The position numbers were made by a program, and so were the translations under genes. From positions 124,001-188,000 of the forward strand of contig LSRY02000031.1 in assembly GCA_001643675.2 (NCBI GenBank): 64,000 nt of DNA, in the 5' to 3' direction. The number at the start of each line of letters is the position of its first letter. The first letter of the stretch is position 1. Positions 34,726-48,077 of the stretch are shown here, in pieces. The stretch is from Monocercomonoides exilis PA203 (lineage: Eukaryota > Protista > Preaxostyla). Under the pieces are notes generated by a model. The model did not search any database. It was not told the DNA's origin and saw nothing but the letters and a program-made list of their open reading frames with translations.

Positions 34726-35535
34726 TCAAAAGAGAGTTGATTGACTATATTTATTTCTATTGATTTTTTTTTTAAGAAACAAACATGCTGTAGTGAAATA
34801 TAAATTTTTTTATTTTTTTATTCCCATATAAAAAAAATATCCGGATAAAAAAACCACCCTATAATGGATTGTTTTTTTGATCTGTGGTAATTTTTCAGAT
34901 CTTTTCACACATATATTTGCATTAATAAAAAAAACAGAACTTTTCAATCCTTCATTGTGAAGATATTTTCAAAATATCTATCTAAATATATATCTTAATT
35001 GAAAAATAAAAAATCAGAAAAAATGAACAAGTGGATCAACTGAATATATTTCATCCAAAAATCGTCATCAGTGATATAATGCTTCAATTCATCACTGATT
35101 TTTGAGTAATCTTGTTGTCACTTATCAAAGTTTTTTTCCTACGTGCTAATTTGGATGAATATGAAACAAAAGTTACATGGTTTTCGCAACTTCAATTTTC
35201 AAAGTTGCTTGTCAACAACTTATTCAACAATACATTTGCAATGCCATATAATGATGATTGTGACATGAAAAAAACTTAAATAAAAAATCCTCAAAAACAA
35301 ATTATTCTTCACAAATCTTTCAAAAATAATTTTCAAAATATTTATTAATTTTTTTTTTAATTTTTTTTTAATTTTTTTTTTTAATTTTTTTTTTTTATTT
35401 TTATTTTATTTTATTTGTATTCTTATTTTTATTCTTATTTTTATTTTTATTCTTATTTTTATTTTTATTTATTAATAATGATTATATTTTTATTTTTCAT
35501 TTTTCGAAAAGAAATTTCGAGCCCATTCGTTAGAT

Positions 35536-37773
35536 TCAATTCACAATTTCAATGTAATATTCCTTGTATCGATCAGCTACAAGTCTGAATTCTCCTTTGC
35601 CTATCACATCATTTCTCTCTTGTACTAAGATGCCCTTGCAGTCAATTCTATTAAAGTCAGCATTTCGTAATACGTAGTGTAACCTTATCAGATTGAAGAA
35701 ATTGTTTAAAGATTGCAGCGCAGTTTGTGAGAATTGTGTTTCTCTGGATATTTTTTTTTCATTTTCGCGTAACTCATTTGCCTTTATCATGCATCTGCAT
35801 CCTTTTGCAAATTCCACGATATATCGTGGAGATAATTTCAACTCTGGGAATGAACAGTTAATTCGGTCAACATCTGATTGAGAAATTTCTTCTTTAACTT
35901 CTTCAATAGCCTTTTTATCTGCTGAATGATTGCTGGATGAACAGCTGCTCGATTGGCATTCCTGTTTTCCACTTAACAGCAATCCCAAAATATTTGAGAA
36001 AATATAAGATCCGCTTTTGGACTTCATCGTTAAAAATGCATCAATTTTATTGATTCCCCATTCCACACAATCAACCCCGAACCTCAATACAGAACCAATT
36101 AAACAAATTCTGCTCAAAGTTGATTTCTTGAAGAATTCTTTTGCATATGTTTCCCATGTTTCAGCTTCCCAATGATATTCACTTTGTATAACAAGTTTCT
36201 CTTTGATTGTATCTTCGAGATTTTTATTGAACTGAGTTTCTAAAATATCCATGAGCTCCTTATCGGAAAAACCTTCATCATCTGCTCTTTTATCAAATCC
36301 TTTCGCTTTTTCCTTAATGTGAATTTTGATATCATCTATATATCTTGCCACATTAGCTTTTTCAATGTAAAACAATTTTCGTGTTGGGCTATCAATAATA
36401 AGTTTGCATTTGCTAATTTTCACACCAAGAATTGGTTCTGTCTCTGATGCAAACTTGATTTTGTATTGAAATGCACATTTATTCAGGAATTTTCGCAGCT
36501 GGCTCATTGCAGTTAGCTCCTCCAAAGAATTATCTTGCAAGCATCTTTCAAATGCTTCCAATATGATATTAGCTCTGCCTGTCATCAGGAAAAACTCTTC
36601 TTTGCTTGATAAAGAAACACTATATTTCATGTCATTTTCAGCACTTCTGAGGCGTTCACACAAAGATTCCATCTTCTCTATTGTCGTAAGTTCTCCAAAT
36701 TTTTTTGAATTGACAAAGTCATTGAAGTTTTGCAATTCACCCCTGTTGACACTTTCTATTTTCACTTTATTCGATTCCTTTTCAAAATAGACAATGCACA
36801 TCCTGCTCTCCTTTCCGCAGTCACATCCATAATGTTCCATGGCTCTGTTTAAAAGTGAAATTGATCCTGCTAAATTTATTGACTGATCAATAACAGGCTG
36901 ATATCTCCTTTCCAGCGTTTCATAGTTCTCCCTAAGTTTTGTATTTTGATAAATTGCATGGAAGCGAGCAAAGGGAACAAACAGTTTCGCAATGTGCCAT
37001 TCTGGAATGATATTGTGATAGTCCTTTCTTTTTTCAAATTCATATGCTTCATAAGGATAATCATATTTCTGTTCGGATTTATCTCTTAATTGTTTTTCAT
37101 AAGCATTTTTCAAGCTTTCTTCTGCTTCCAAGCATTTAATATTTCTGTTGAGTAGTTTTTGCAAAAATCTTTTCATTGGTAACAGTGAATCGTTGAGTCC
37201 TATAAAGCATTCTTTGTCCTTATGGATAGTATCAACACAAGGAATATATTCATCTGATGTAATATGCAAGGGTTCACTTGCCTCAATTTTGCTTTCTCTA
37301 TCTGACGTTGAAGAGGGTCTTTTGCATTCCAAGGAAAATCTTTGCAATTTTATGAAATCGTCTGGATATTCATGTAATACTTTGATTTTTGTAATATCAT
37401 TTGCGATTTCTTTCAAAAGATTCACTTTTTTACATTTTAAAAATACATCAATCGGACGATTGAATTTGTTGCTAACAAATTCGACAAAAAGGTTAAGATC
37501 AGATAATAGCTTTTCGGTTACAAATCCCTTTCTTAAATCCACTTTCAGCGAATCGACTTTTCTTAAGATCTGATTTTGATCATCATGTTCTAATAATGAG
37601 AATGTTTCTTGAAGGCGAAAAATAGCACTGTCCTGCATGCTAGGTGGAATGCATAGATTTAATACGTTTGATTCTGAAAACTTTTGTGCGACTTTCATTT
37701 CAAAACCAAAAATTTGTGTTACCATATTAAATAACTTAACGCCCACAATAAAACATTCAGGAAATATCAACAA
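35536..37773 (-). CDS. Hypothetical protein, 745-aa uninterrupted ORF of unknown function
   Basis: A 2.2-kb open frame in AT-rich DNA with globular/helical composition. No motif was recognised, and the true start may be in an upstream exon. Confidence 0.8.
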   Translation of the reverse strand: MLIFPECFIVGVKLFNMVTQIFGFEMKVAQKFSESNVLNLCIPPSMQDSAIFRLQETFSLLEHDDQNQILRKVDSLKVDLRKGFVTEKLLSDLNLFVEFVSNKFNRPIDVFLKCKKVNLLKEIANDITKIKVLHEYPDDFIKLQRFSLECKRPSSTSDRESKIEASEPLHITSDEYIPCVDTIHKDKECFIGLNDSLLPMKRFLQKLLNRNIKCLEAEESLKNAYEKQLRDKSEQKYDYPYEAYEFEKRKDYHNIIPEWHIAKLFVPFARFHAIYQNTKLRENYETLERRYQPVIDQSINLAGSISLLNRAMEHYGCDCGKESRMCIVYFEKESNKVKIESVNRGELQNFNDFVNSKKFGELTTIEKMESLCERLRSAENDMKYSVSLSSKEEFFLMTGRANIILEAFERCLQDNSLEELTAMSQLRKFLNKCAFQYKIKFASETEPILGVKISKCKLIIDSPTRKLFYIEKANVARYIDDIKIHIKEKAKGFDKRADDEGFSDKELMDILETQFNKNLEDTIKEKLVIQSEYHWEAETWETYAKEFFKKSTLSRICLIGSVLRFGVDCVEWGINKIDAFLTMKSKSGSYIFSNILGLLLSGKQECQSSSCSSSNHSADKKAIEEVKEEISQSDVDRINCSFPELKLSPRYIVEFAKGCRCMIKANELRENEKKISRETQFSQTALQSLNNFFNLIRLHYVLRNADFNRIDCKGILVQERNDVIGKGEFRLVADRYKEYYIEIVN

Positions 37774-38329
37774 TTTCGAAAAAACTCACTATTTTGTCCG
37801 ACACTTTTCCAACTTAACTATCACTATGAATGGTTCATGATTATGCAATTAAAAAATGTTTCGTATACCCATAATTAAAATAGCATTTATATTGTTTTGG
37901 ACAAACAGAACTTTTTGAGAAATTGCAGGGGAAAATATGTGAAAGGTATTACGGAGATCTTTGTTTTTATTTAGAAAAACAATGGATAGGGAAAGAAGCT
38001 AAATTGATTTGTCTTTGCTGTTGGTGAAGATTTGATATTATCTACGAAAGTTTGCTATTAGTAATTGCATCTACGTGAGGAAAGGTAACTCATTCAAACA
38101 GAAATTGAAAGAAGTGGAGAGAAATTGGAGATACACAAAATTCATTGAAATGTCAAGAAATTGGAAATAGAAAAAGAAGGTGCAAAAGATTTTGAGAAGA
38201 AAGAGGAATTATCATTGAAAAGTGCAGAAGAAAAAGAAGAGAAATATGTTTTCTTGAGCATTTCTATCACAGAAATCATATGTTTATAAGTTTGATGATG
38301 CATTAATAACGCTTCGAGAGGTGATGAGG

Positions 38330-38910
38330 TGGATGGGAGGCGACTGCTGGCTATCGATTGCGCTAGTGAGAAAATACGTCGCTGTTTGATTTGCGCCGTT
38401 TCACATGCTCAATGAAAAGGATTAATAATTAGAGAGGCGAAACCTAACAATATATTGAGTCTGTCAGCGAAAAGAAGTCAGATCTCATCTCATTCAGCTT
38501 TGTTTGATCAATTTTCTTTTTCTTCTTTTGTTCATTCAGCGATAAACCCAGGGCTTATACGAGCGAAGTTTGGAACTGGGGTTTCTTTACTACATATCTG
38601 TGCGATAAAGGCTCTGCTGTCTCTGTCACAAAAGGGAACAGAGATTCAAGCTCCTTACAAGTCATCCCGCTTCTATCGGAGTGTGGAGGCGATTCTGAGT
38701 TGTGCAGTAAGACAGAAGGCAGATATCTTGTCGATGAAGTGCATTGCGTTTGTTCTGGCGACTGGACAGGTTCTGTTTCCGGGGAAGGCAAACAACGAGA
38801 TGCTAAAGCGGATTTCAGGAGGCAAAGCGAATGCTGCGGAACAAGCCGAGGACAAAGGGAACGAGCAGAAAGCGAACAGACGCTTTGGCGATAGTATGAA
38901 ATTCATTTGA
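38330..38910 (+). pseudogene. PRP4/DYRK-like CMGC protein kinase pseudogene
   Basis: IIREAKPNNIL (HxDxKPxNIL), YLCDKGSA (KLCDFGSA), PYKSSRFYRSVEAIL (SRFYRAPE) and LATGQVLFPGKANNEML; catalytic residues are lost and there are frameshifts. Confidence 0.75.
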
Positions 38911-39393
38911 AACATTTTTTGATCCGGTTGAGGAAGCGAAGGCCACAAAGACGATTGTCTATTAGAAACCTTCATTTCCTATTTGCAAGATGCTGTTTGA
39001 TGATGTAAATCTTTCTCTTCTCTCTGATTCTTCTGGTATGAGCACCTTCTGAACAGTTAGCATGCAAACGAGAGAAGGCGAACCGCTGCTAAGCGGACTT
39101 GTATCACTCATTGAAGGCTGCCAGAGTATCAACCCATATAAAAGCATTACCATAAAAGATGCTATTCATCTCCTGTTTTTTTGCCAAAGCGCAATGCACC
39201 AGACGAATCAGCAAAAGAAGATAGCAATAAATAAAAATACTGTTTCTGGAACGGTATTTGCTTCTTCTTCTTCTTCTTATATTTATTCTTCAAATTCTTT
39301 TTTTTTTTTTTCACTTCAATTTCTTCATTTTCTCACAACCATTCAGCTAGCAACATTTCTCGCTTCTCCTCTTCTTCACCTCGACTATCATCG

Positions 39394-39461
<68 letters not shown>

Positions 39462-39606
39462 TTCTTCTTCTTCCTCTTCCTCTTCCTCTTCCTCTTCCTC
39501 TTCCTCTTCCTCTTCCTCTTCCTCTTCCTCTTCCTCTTCCTCTTCCTCTTCCTCTTCCTCTTCCTCTTCCTCTTCGTCTTCGTCTTCATCATCATCATCT
39601 TCTTCT

Positions 39607-39644
<38 letters not shown>

Positions 39645-39798
39645 TTCCTCTTCCTCTTCCTCTTCCTCTTCCTCTTCCTCTTCCTCTTCCTCTTCCTCTT
39701 CCTCTTCGTCTTCATCATCATCATCTTCTTCTTCTTCTTCCTCTTCCTCCTCTTCATTTCTTTCTCCTTTATTTTCATTCATCTTCACGCCCGCCTCT

Positions 39799-39836
<38 letters not shown>

Positions 39837-39862
39837 TTCCTCTTCATCTTCTTCTTCTTCTT
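39394..39862. repeat. Compound microsatellite (TTTC)n + (CCTCTT)n/(CTT)n
   Basis: Directly visible polypyrimidine tract of ~470 bp. Confidence 0.95.
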
Positions 39863-40588
39863 TCCCATTTCAAAGCCGTTTTTGTCCTCGTCTGATAATC
39901 CGTCCAATCAAAGAGGATTTATCAATGCTTTCCCTTTCTTAAGTCATCGCTTCCATGCACAATGTGGAAGAGAGATGCGATACACAATCACAGCTTCTTA
40001 TGGCTCCGCTGTGAAATTTATGCCAATTGGAACATTCAAAGTGATCAAGTGCATAAAGCAGACATAAGGAAAATTAGACAAAGAAGTCAAAGAATATTAT
40101 GTTGGTGAATGACAATCAAGCAGATAACAATCAAAATGAAGAAAATGCGCAACCAAGCAAGCTTAAAACGCATTTACTGAATTATTTTCTTCAGTTTCCA
40201 AAGCCTCGCTCACCACTCTTTCATCCCCCAAGACAGAAGAGGCGTGTTGTGAACTGTATGACCACAAAAGGCACATCTGTTTGAGACAGCCGGATTTGAT
40301 AGGAGAGAGAAGCTTAAGTCAAAGAAATAAAAAAAGTTTGGAGTGAAACAAAAGAAATTGGGGAAAAAATATTATTTTTTATTGAAGCAGAAAGAGATAC
40401 AAAAAAGGAAACAAGGAGAAAAATTATTGGAAAAAAGAAGCAGAACGGAGGAGATATTGAAGATATTTAAGAATCTTAAAAATGATGAATTCGGAATTTT
40501 TTTGTAACAATCCATCCGAAGAAGATTTTTGATGAAGAGTTGAATGCAACTGGACAAAAGCCTGAAGCTTTCTTTATTTTATTTTATT

Positions 40589-40619
<31 letters not shown>

Positions 40620-40778
40620 TTTTGTTTGTTTGTTTGTTTGTTTGTTTGTTTCATTTCAACAAAGTGAATAAAAAATCATCAGAAAAAAACATGCATATGA
40701 ATGTTGAATTTGAAATGGCACAAAAAGAAAAGTAAAAATATAAAATTTAAGTTACAAAAATTTGTGTGTTTAATGTTA

Positions 40779-42780
40779 TTACGCGAACACAAAATAGTCT
40801 TCCAAGTCTGTTGAAATATCAGCTCCAAGAACAAAATCATAAAACGGAAGATCATTATAAAAACTAGTGATAACATCTTCGTATCCTTCTTCTTCCATCT
40901 TTTCAATTAATTCCTTTTGTGCTGCTTTTCTTCTTGATTCCTCAATTTCTAATTCCTCCTTTCCTTTCAATCTTTCTGTCATCATGAAATTAAATTTCAA
41001 ACATTTCTGTGTAAATCTATCTTCCAGCGTCGCCCAGCTCATTTCCTCCAAAATCAGATCAAATGCTCCCCCCTTCAGCAAGCCATGATCATTCACATTC
41101 GACAGTTCAGCCATTGACTTGAATAGAGAAATACAAACTCCAAAAATTTCTCTTTCTGTCTCTCTTGTAGTTCTGCAAAGCCTGACAAGGCAACGAATTA
41201 ATTCAACATTTTCGTCATTTAACAATTCAATGTGCAAATAAATGAAATCCAACAAAGTGATCCATCTATTTATAATTTCCACTTCGTACATTTCGTTTCC
41301 CTTTTTTTCCTCCTTTATCTTCTTCCAATCTACACACTCCCTCAGTTCATCCAACTCTCTCGCAGCTTCTCTTACAAAATGCAGTTCATCCAACACAATT
41401 GTCCCCAAACTTGTATCATTATAGTAGCTGTACATTAAGAATTTCCATGCCGAATGATAGGCGAGTCGCGTCAAATTTCTATTTTCCTGGTGATATTGGA
41501 TTATCTGTTTGATTTCATTCAGATACAGCTCTTTTGGAACTTTCTAATAAAAATCGAAAAAAATCAATAGCTTCAAAAAGGAAATAGAAGTGTTCAAACA
41601 ATATATTTGTTAATGTTGCTCAGCGCCAGCAAAGCTATTTCCACTTCTTTTTGTGTTTCCTCATCTTCTTCTTTCTTCAATGTAGCTTTCAGAAGGCAAG
41701 GCACGCAAATTGAAAGTAATACAGATGAGAAGTCATAATCAAGAGTTAGACAGCATTCGCAAAGATCAACAAGAAGCTTTTCATCTTCTTCTTCTTTTTT
41801 CTTCACTTCTTCTTTAATCATCTTCTCAAATCTTCCGCATAGCAAAGATTGTTTAAAATTTGATTCTAATTCGGATTTTACAACATGGAAGTATCCAACT
41901 TGCTTCAGTAACATAAGAGCTGTTTTCATCGTTAATTTCTCTCCCTCGATCATTTGGTTGATTTTGTCGAATGCTTCTTTACTGAAAATTGAATAAAGTT
42001 CAAATGCATCAATTTCATTCATCAGTTTATTCATTTCTTCAATTTTTTTTCTCTGCTCCTCTTCACTGCAACGTCCCAGTTCAAAAAGCAATTCTGAAAA
42101 TAAAGAAAAGAAAAAAATAATCGAATTTCTAAAGAACTCTTCGCGAAAAGATACAAACGATTCGCTTTTGCAGTGGTCGTCATCTCCTCAATTTTTTCTT
42201 CATGCTCTTCATGCTCTTCATGCTCTTCATGCTCTTCAGGCTCTTTCGTCTCTTTCGGCTCTTTCGGCTCTTTCGTCTCTTTCTGCTCTTTCGATTCTTT
42301 CGGCTCTTTCGTCTCTTTCTGCTCTTTCGATTCTTTCGGCTCTTTCGATTCTTTCGATTCTTTCGGCTCTTTCGTCTCTTTCTGCTCTTTCGATTCTTTC
42401 GGCTCTTTCGATTCTTTCGATTCTTTCGGCTCTTTCGTCTCTTTCGATTCTTTCGGCTCTTTCTGCTCTTTCGTCTCTTTCGATTCTTCCGGCTCTTTCG
42501 TCTCTTTCGTCTCTTTCGATTCTTTCGGCTCTCTCGATTCTTCCGGCTCTTTCGTCTCTTTCGATTCTTTCGGCTCTTCCGGCTCTTTCTGCTCTTTCGG
42601 CTCTCTCGATTCTTCCGGCTCTTTCGTCTCTTTCGATTCTTTCGGCTCTTCCGGCTCTTTCTGCTCTTTCGGCTCTCTCGATTCTTTCGTCTCTTCTCGC
42701 TTTTTCTTTTCTTCTGGCTCATCCTTCTCTTCCGGTTTTTTCGTCTCTTGAGTCTCTTTTGCTTTGCGTTGCACCAGATC
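40779..42780 (-). CDS. Helical-family member with an N-terminal charged tripeptide-repeat extension; introns ~42095-42159 and ~41544-41599
   Basis: Family motifs LFELGRCSEEEQRKKIEEMN, LLVDLCEC, ICVPCLLK, YHSAW and MEEEGYED. The repeat exon reads into MTTTAKAN and splices in frame. Confidence 0.75.
42200..42700 (-). repeat. 9-bp-unit coding minisatellite (KEP/KES/KET/KEQ/EEH)
   Basis: Units such as AAAGAGCCG, AAAGAATCG and AAAGAGACG are arranged in higher-order blocks. Confidence 0.9.
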
Positions 42781-44149
42781 TGAAAGAGAAGTTGAAAAAA
42801 ATTTAAAATAAAAGGCATTTTTCAAAGAATTCAAATATAACTATAGTAACACACTTTTTATAGCTTTAAATACACCATTTTTCTTAGCTTTGTGAAACTA
42901 ATTGATGAATGAAAATTGTTTATTTTTCATTTACACAAAAGACAAAATATAAGTAGAGAGAAAAAAATAAATTGGAGTAAAAACATTGCAAAGTCATTAA
43001 AGTCTCTGCGTTCACACAATTCTATTCATTGTTTGATTTTTGACAAGAAAATTCGAAGATAATTTGCTATCAATTTATTTTCTAAAAATGTTATGGCTGC
43101 TTAAAAATGGATTATTTTTTTTAAAAATAATTCAAACGTATTAGATACAATGCAGATTTGATCACATAATTCAAATTGAAATATTAATTAAAAATTTTGG
43201 GGGTAATTTAAAATACATCTGTTCATTTGAATTGACTGGCTTATTTTTAAAATCTTTATCCAATTTTTAATTAAATGTTCAAAACTTGAAAAAGAATAAC
43301 ATTAAATAATTAACATTAAAGATTGATATAAAATACTGAAGTTTATTTTGATTTTCTTTTAGAAAAAAATTTGATCTTTCAATAATCTTCTTCGAAAAAA
43401 TTAAATAATTCAATAATTCATTTGAAATGCTTTTCTTTCTCATGCAATCGAAAATATGAGCTTTATAATGCGAGTGTGCATGTCTATCACAATTAAAAAT
43501 TCATTTTTCCCAATATACAAATCATAAAAGCTTCTGAAAACTTTCAGTTTTTTTCTTCGCAATTGTGAACTGTTTCTTTAAAACTGAAGCACCAACAACA
43601 ACTTCTGTTCCATTATGCTCAGTCATCATTGGTAATTACTGCTTATTTCGTTCTTAGCAACAGCAATTTTCAAACAATATTGTTTTTCATTTTTCACCTT
43701 GCTGAAAAACAATGTTAAAAATCATTAACGAGAAATATATAATACACTGAATGTTAAAAGGTATATGTGGTTCTTTTTCAAAATTTCGTTTTGAGTATTA
43801 AACATTTCTATTTTTGACAAAATTTTCTTTTTCGATATTTATCTTCTTTTTTAGCCGATTACACAATTTTCTTTCGTGCCTAAAGCACAGAAAACCTTTC
43901 ATATGTGGATGCTCAAAAATTTGATGCATTTTTATCCTTAGAATTACTTGCAAATTCATATAAAATAATTTTAATCACACAATTTATTCTCTCTCGTCCT
44001 TTTCTTCAATTATCTTTCCAACTCACTCAAAACACCATCGACTGTTCAATCTTCCCTTTTAACAACACCTCTTCCACTTCTCTCTCGCGTTCAATTCATC
44101 TTTTTTTCACCAAACACGCTCTTCATCAAATGCTGCTGTAATTCATGTG

Positions 44150-45780
44150 GGAAATGAATCACAACGAGATATACAGGAAGATTGACTTCATTCTATGCAA
44201 GTAGCCATTGCTTTGAGTGGTGTGTACGGGAATAATCAAGATGTGGATCATGTGATGGAGATGATCAAAAAGTGAGTTGCACAAATGCAAATCTCACAAT
44301 CACTTCTTTTTCATTCAACAAATATCATTCAAATGATCATGGAGGAACAATACGTTGCGATTACCTGCTGAAAATTGACATTATAAAATCCAATTTCACA
44401 AGTTGCACTGCTCTGCATGGAGGAGCCACTTGCATAGCTTATCCACAATCCAATTCTTACTGGTCATTCTCAGATAACAGAGTGGAAAGTTGTTAAATAA
44501 CTGATTGGTGTGGAACGGGTTGGCATTTTGCGCTACAAACTATTTCAACAAGTGCACAATTCCTGTTTTCCAAATGCAAGTGTATCGCAAATTCCGGTGG
44601 TGATTCTGCTTGCTCTTTAACATTTGCAAATCCACCAAACAATAAACCGAATCAGTTTTTGATTGATGATTGCCAATTTATAAATAATAAATTGACTGCA
44701 TCTGCCAATTATGGAGGAGCTGCTATTTATTTTCAGTCAACTTATTCCTGGATGAGTGGTGCAAAATTCATCATATTCTGCTTCTTCGATGGCAACACTG
44801 CCAAAAATGACAGAGGGAATGATGTGTTCTTTAATTGAAGCAGCATAACCCAATCTCCGTTTGAGAATTGTGGATCAACAACCCTATCGAAAAGAGTTTG
44901 GAACAACAACACAGCTGATAATGAGACTGTCAACAGCTGGCTCCCTCTTATTACAACATACAAAATTGTTGCAAGTAATGGAACTGACGCTCATCTCTGC
45001 GGAATAACACAACTTAGACCATGCGCCACAATAGAATATGCTCTTTTGTACATGACAGATACCAAAGAGACCTCTCTCACCCTCCTCGGCTCAACTTTTA
45101 TTCCTGCTCAAACACTCACATTCAGCGCAACTGACTCAAAAATTACAGGAAATGGAACAGATCCCACCACCATTGCTTCAAGTAGTATCCCTCAACCAGC
45201 TTCTTCTTCTTCCTCCTCTTCACCAGATCCATCTGCCTCGTCTGCCCTCTTCCAACAAACGCAGGGCTCCCTCACAGTTTCTGCCCTCGCCATTACCCAC
45301 AACTCCTCAAATCCCATCACCCCCATCCTCTTCCACCTCTCCGGTAACTCCCCTTCGCTCAACCTCAACACAACCACCATCACCGGAACAACCTCCATAA
45401 CAATAAAAACACCCCTCTTCTTCCTCACTGCTGGCTCCCTCGCCCTCAACCACACAGCAATCTCCAGTCTCCCCCTCAACAGCCAAAGCATCTTCCACCT
45501 CACCTCCCTCACCGCTCCCCTCACCCTCAACTCCTCCAGCATCACCGATATCATTTCCACTGCCACCCCCACCAGCTGTGTCCTCTCCTCTGCCACCTCC
45601 ACTGCCCTCTCCTTCTCCCTCACCAACCGCACCATGGCAAATATCACCTCAGAACAGTTGAGCCAACAAACTGCCACAGATGGCGGGTGCATCTCATTCT
45701 CCTCATCTGCATATGTCAACCCGTTTTCGGTGAGCAACACCATCTTCTCCACCTGCTCTGTGAGCGAAAGGAAAACGGAT
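44150..45780 (+). pseudogene. GGA-repeat/CG..PC surface-protein pseudogene
   Basis: FEWCV, DHGGTI, YGGAAI, FCFFDGN, CGITQLRPCATIEYAL and a Ser/Thr-rich beta-helix-like region; multiple stops. Paralogous to 57710-58549 and 48560-48778. Confidence 0.8.
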
Positions 45781-47009
45781 ATCGAGAAAATAAAGGAGGA
45801 AAAAATTGAAGAGAATGTGGGATGCTTCTGAAAACAGAAGCGAAGGTACAAAGAAGATTCGCTATTCTTTGAAAAGAAAAAGAACAGAAATATTGATGAG
45901 GATGAGTTTGAAAAGGAAGAAAGAAATGATAACGAAAATAAAGAAGATGAGTGAAGTAATAAGAAAGAGAGAGGCTTAATTTAAGAAAAAGAGATAGATC
46001 ATTTTGAAATTATGAGATTACGACAAAAAAAGAATGATCGAAAAAATGAAAGGAAATAAGGAAAAAGGAAAAAGGAAAAGGAAATATATCTGCGATTCTG
46101 TAACTGCAACATTTAAGTACAATGTTTATTGTGATTATGGATTCTGTATAATGAAACACTCGCATAAAACAAATTAATTCATCAGAATTTTCAGAATATT
46201 ATTGTTTTCTTTTTATCATTTAAGCAAAAACGATAAAAATTATCTTTAAAGTGAATTATTCTTCACATAAACCTCGAAACAAATAGTAATTTCACTTTAT
46301 ATGCAAATTGTTTATTTAACATTTATTTAATTTATACTTGCTTTCACGCTTCCGTATTATTATCAAAATATCTTTTGAAAAACTGTCAAAAAAGGTTTGA
46401 TTTTTCTTTTATTTACACTTTATTTTTGTGAGTGTTTTTTGATTGTTTTATTTTCATTTCCCACAATTATTATTAATTTGAATGATCTTTTCTAATTTGA
46501 ATAAGGATGGTGATTTTTAATTTTTGGCCTTTAATTTGAATTAAGTGGTCTTTATTCAAATTAACATAGGTTTATAAAAAAAACCTCCATTAATTCAATT
46601 TTCCCAATTTAATCTGCATTGTATCTATTGACTAAATGAGAGATCAACTGGCATGTATTTTATAAAGTATTTGCAACAAAACCTGAGTGACGTACTGACT
46701 TTTGATGTAATGTTTTTGATTTTTGACGGAAGTGACAAAAAATTTCACGCAATTAAAATAGATACTTTTAAATTTGAAAATTTGTTTCTTATTGGTGAAA
46801 TAATGGTATATGCTGAAAATATGGTGATGCTATAATTCCTTTATTTCTTGTATATAGCAATTGTTAATACCGTATAATGTTGATTTATGCATTTCTTTTT
46901 TATCGGAAATGAGTGTGTGATGTGAGGGGGAGGGGGGGGGGGAGGGGGGGGAATCCTTTAAAAACGAAAATATAATGGGAAAAAATAACAAAATTAATAT
47001 TATAAATTT

Positions 47010-48077
47010 TTAGGGTTCGTAATCAGAAGTTTTTTCTTCTTCTTGTGAAAGGCCCGATGTTTCTTCATCGCTGTTTTCATTATTGATTATGTCATCGATT
47101 GTTGGCAATTCTTCTTCGCTGTTTTCTGAATCATTTTCCACTTGCTCATGTTTTTCATTTTCTATCTCGTATTCACTGACAAATTCCAAAATTTTCAAGA
47201 AATTGTATTCTTTCGAGTCTTTAACCAAAACCATGGCAAGGTGATCTGCAATTAGGGACTTTCGAACTCCGTACGGGGGAAATGCTTTTCGCAAAGTTCC
47301 CCATAAACCTTTGATGGTGTTTGTGCATGCTTTTGTAACCGGGTCAACAAAATTCCTTTTGTGGCAGACTGTTCTGTGTTCATATCCTAATGTATTTAAG
47401 CATTCGTATGCCTTCCACTCATCGCTCATGATGATTGTTTCAGGCTTAATGTATTCAAGAATAATTGGAAGGAGCGTTTCTTTTGTTCTGTTTGGGACAA
47501 TCATCACAAATCGAGGTCCTGCTCCTCCACCGTCAAGCCTTTCCACTCCGCCAAACAACCGAATTTGCTCTTTTCTTCTTCCCCTTCTATTCTTTCTTCT
47601 ACGCCAGACAGCCTCATCTATTTCGATAATTTTTCCTTTTCCTCCAATATGTATTTGCTTTGAATTCCATATCTTCATGCACACTACCCTCAAAACGCTA
47701 GCCCAAAATGCAACTGTATTGCGATTAATGCCAATCAATTCTGCAGTTTTGTTAAAAGAAATTCCAACCCACTGTAACAAAAGTGTTCTTTAAGTTTTTC
47801 CCAACCCTATTTTGCTTTTTGAAAACACAGTCCCATCAAAAACAGATTTTTTGATTTTGCAGTGAGAATAGTTCCAATATCTGTAGTTTTTATCGTTCAT
47901 TTGGATTGTCATCCGTCTTCGGCATTTCTTGCACACAAAAACCTCGCCTTTGAAAAAAACCATGTAAAACCAATCCCACGTCAAATCTTCGTTGTGAAAA
48001 ATGACTTATAACTCACTCGTCGAGCATATCTCTCTTTCTGGAGCTGCCATCAAATGGGTGATTTTTTTTGACATCAT
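47010..48077 (-). pseudogene. Merlin / IS1595 (ISXO2-like) DDE transposase, disrupted
   Basis: N-terminal CKKC/C Zn-ribbon; motifs IEIDEA, FGGVER, VPNRTKETL, IMSDEWKAY, HRTVCH..NFVDP and TNTIKGLW (catalytic E appears as K). Stop near 48006 and frameshift near 47790. TIRs were not found. Confidence 0.9.

Larger units (their letters stand above)
32562..34861 (+). mobile_element. pogo-like (Tc1/mariner superfamily) DNA transposon, 2300 bp
   Basis: 34-bp TIRs at 32562-32595 and 34828-34861 (3 mismatches), TA at 32560-61 and 34862-63, and an internal DDE_1 transposase. Confidence 0.9.

Noticed and set aside
39062-39895. Poly-LP / poly-E / poly-RK ORFs
   Set aside because: They are translations of a microsatellite with no supporting gene structure.
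42168-42818. Multiple overlapping ORFs on both strands
   Set aside because: These are a by-product of a stop-free 9-bp repeat; only the KE-rich minus frame connects to a gene.
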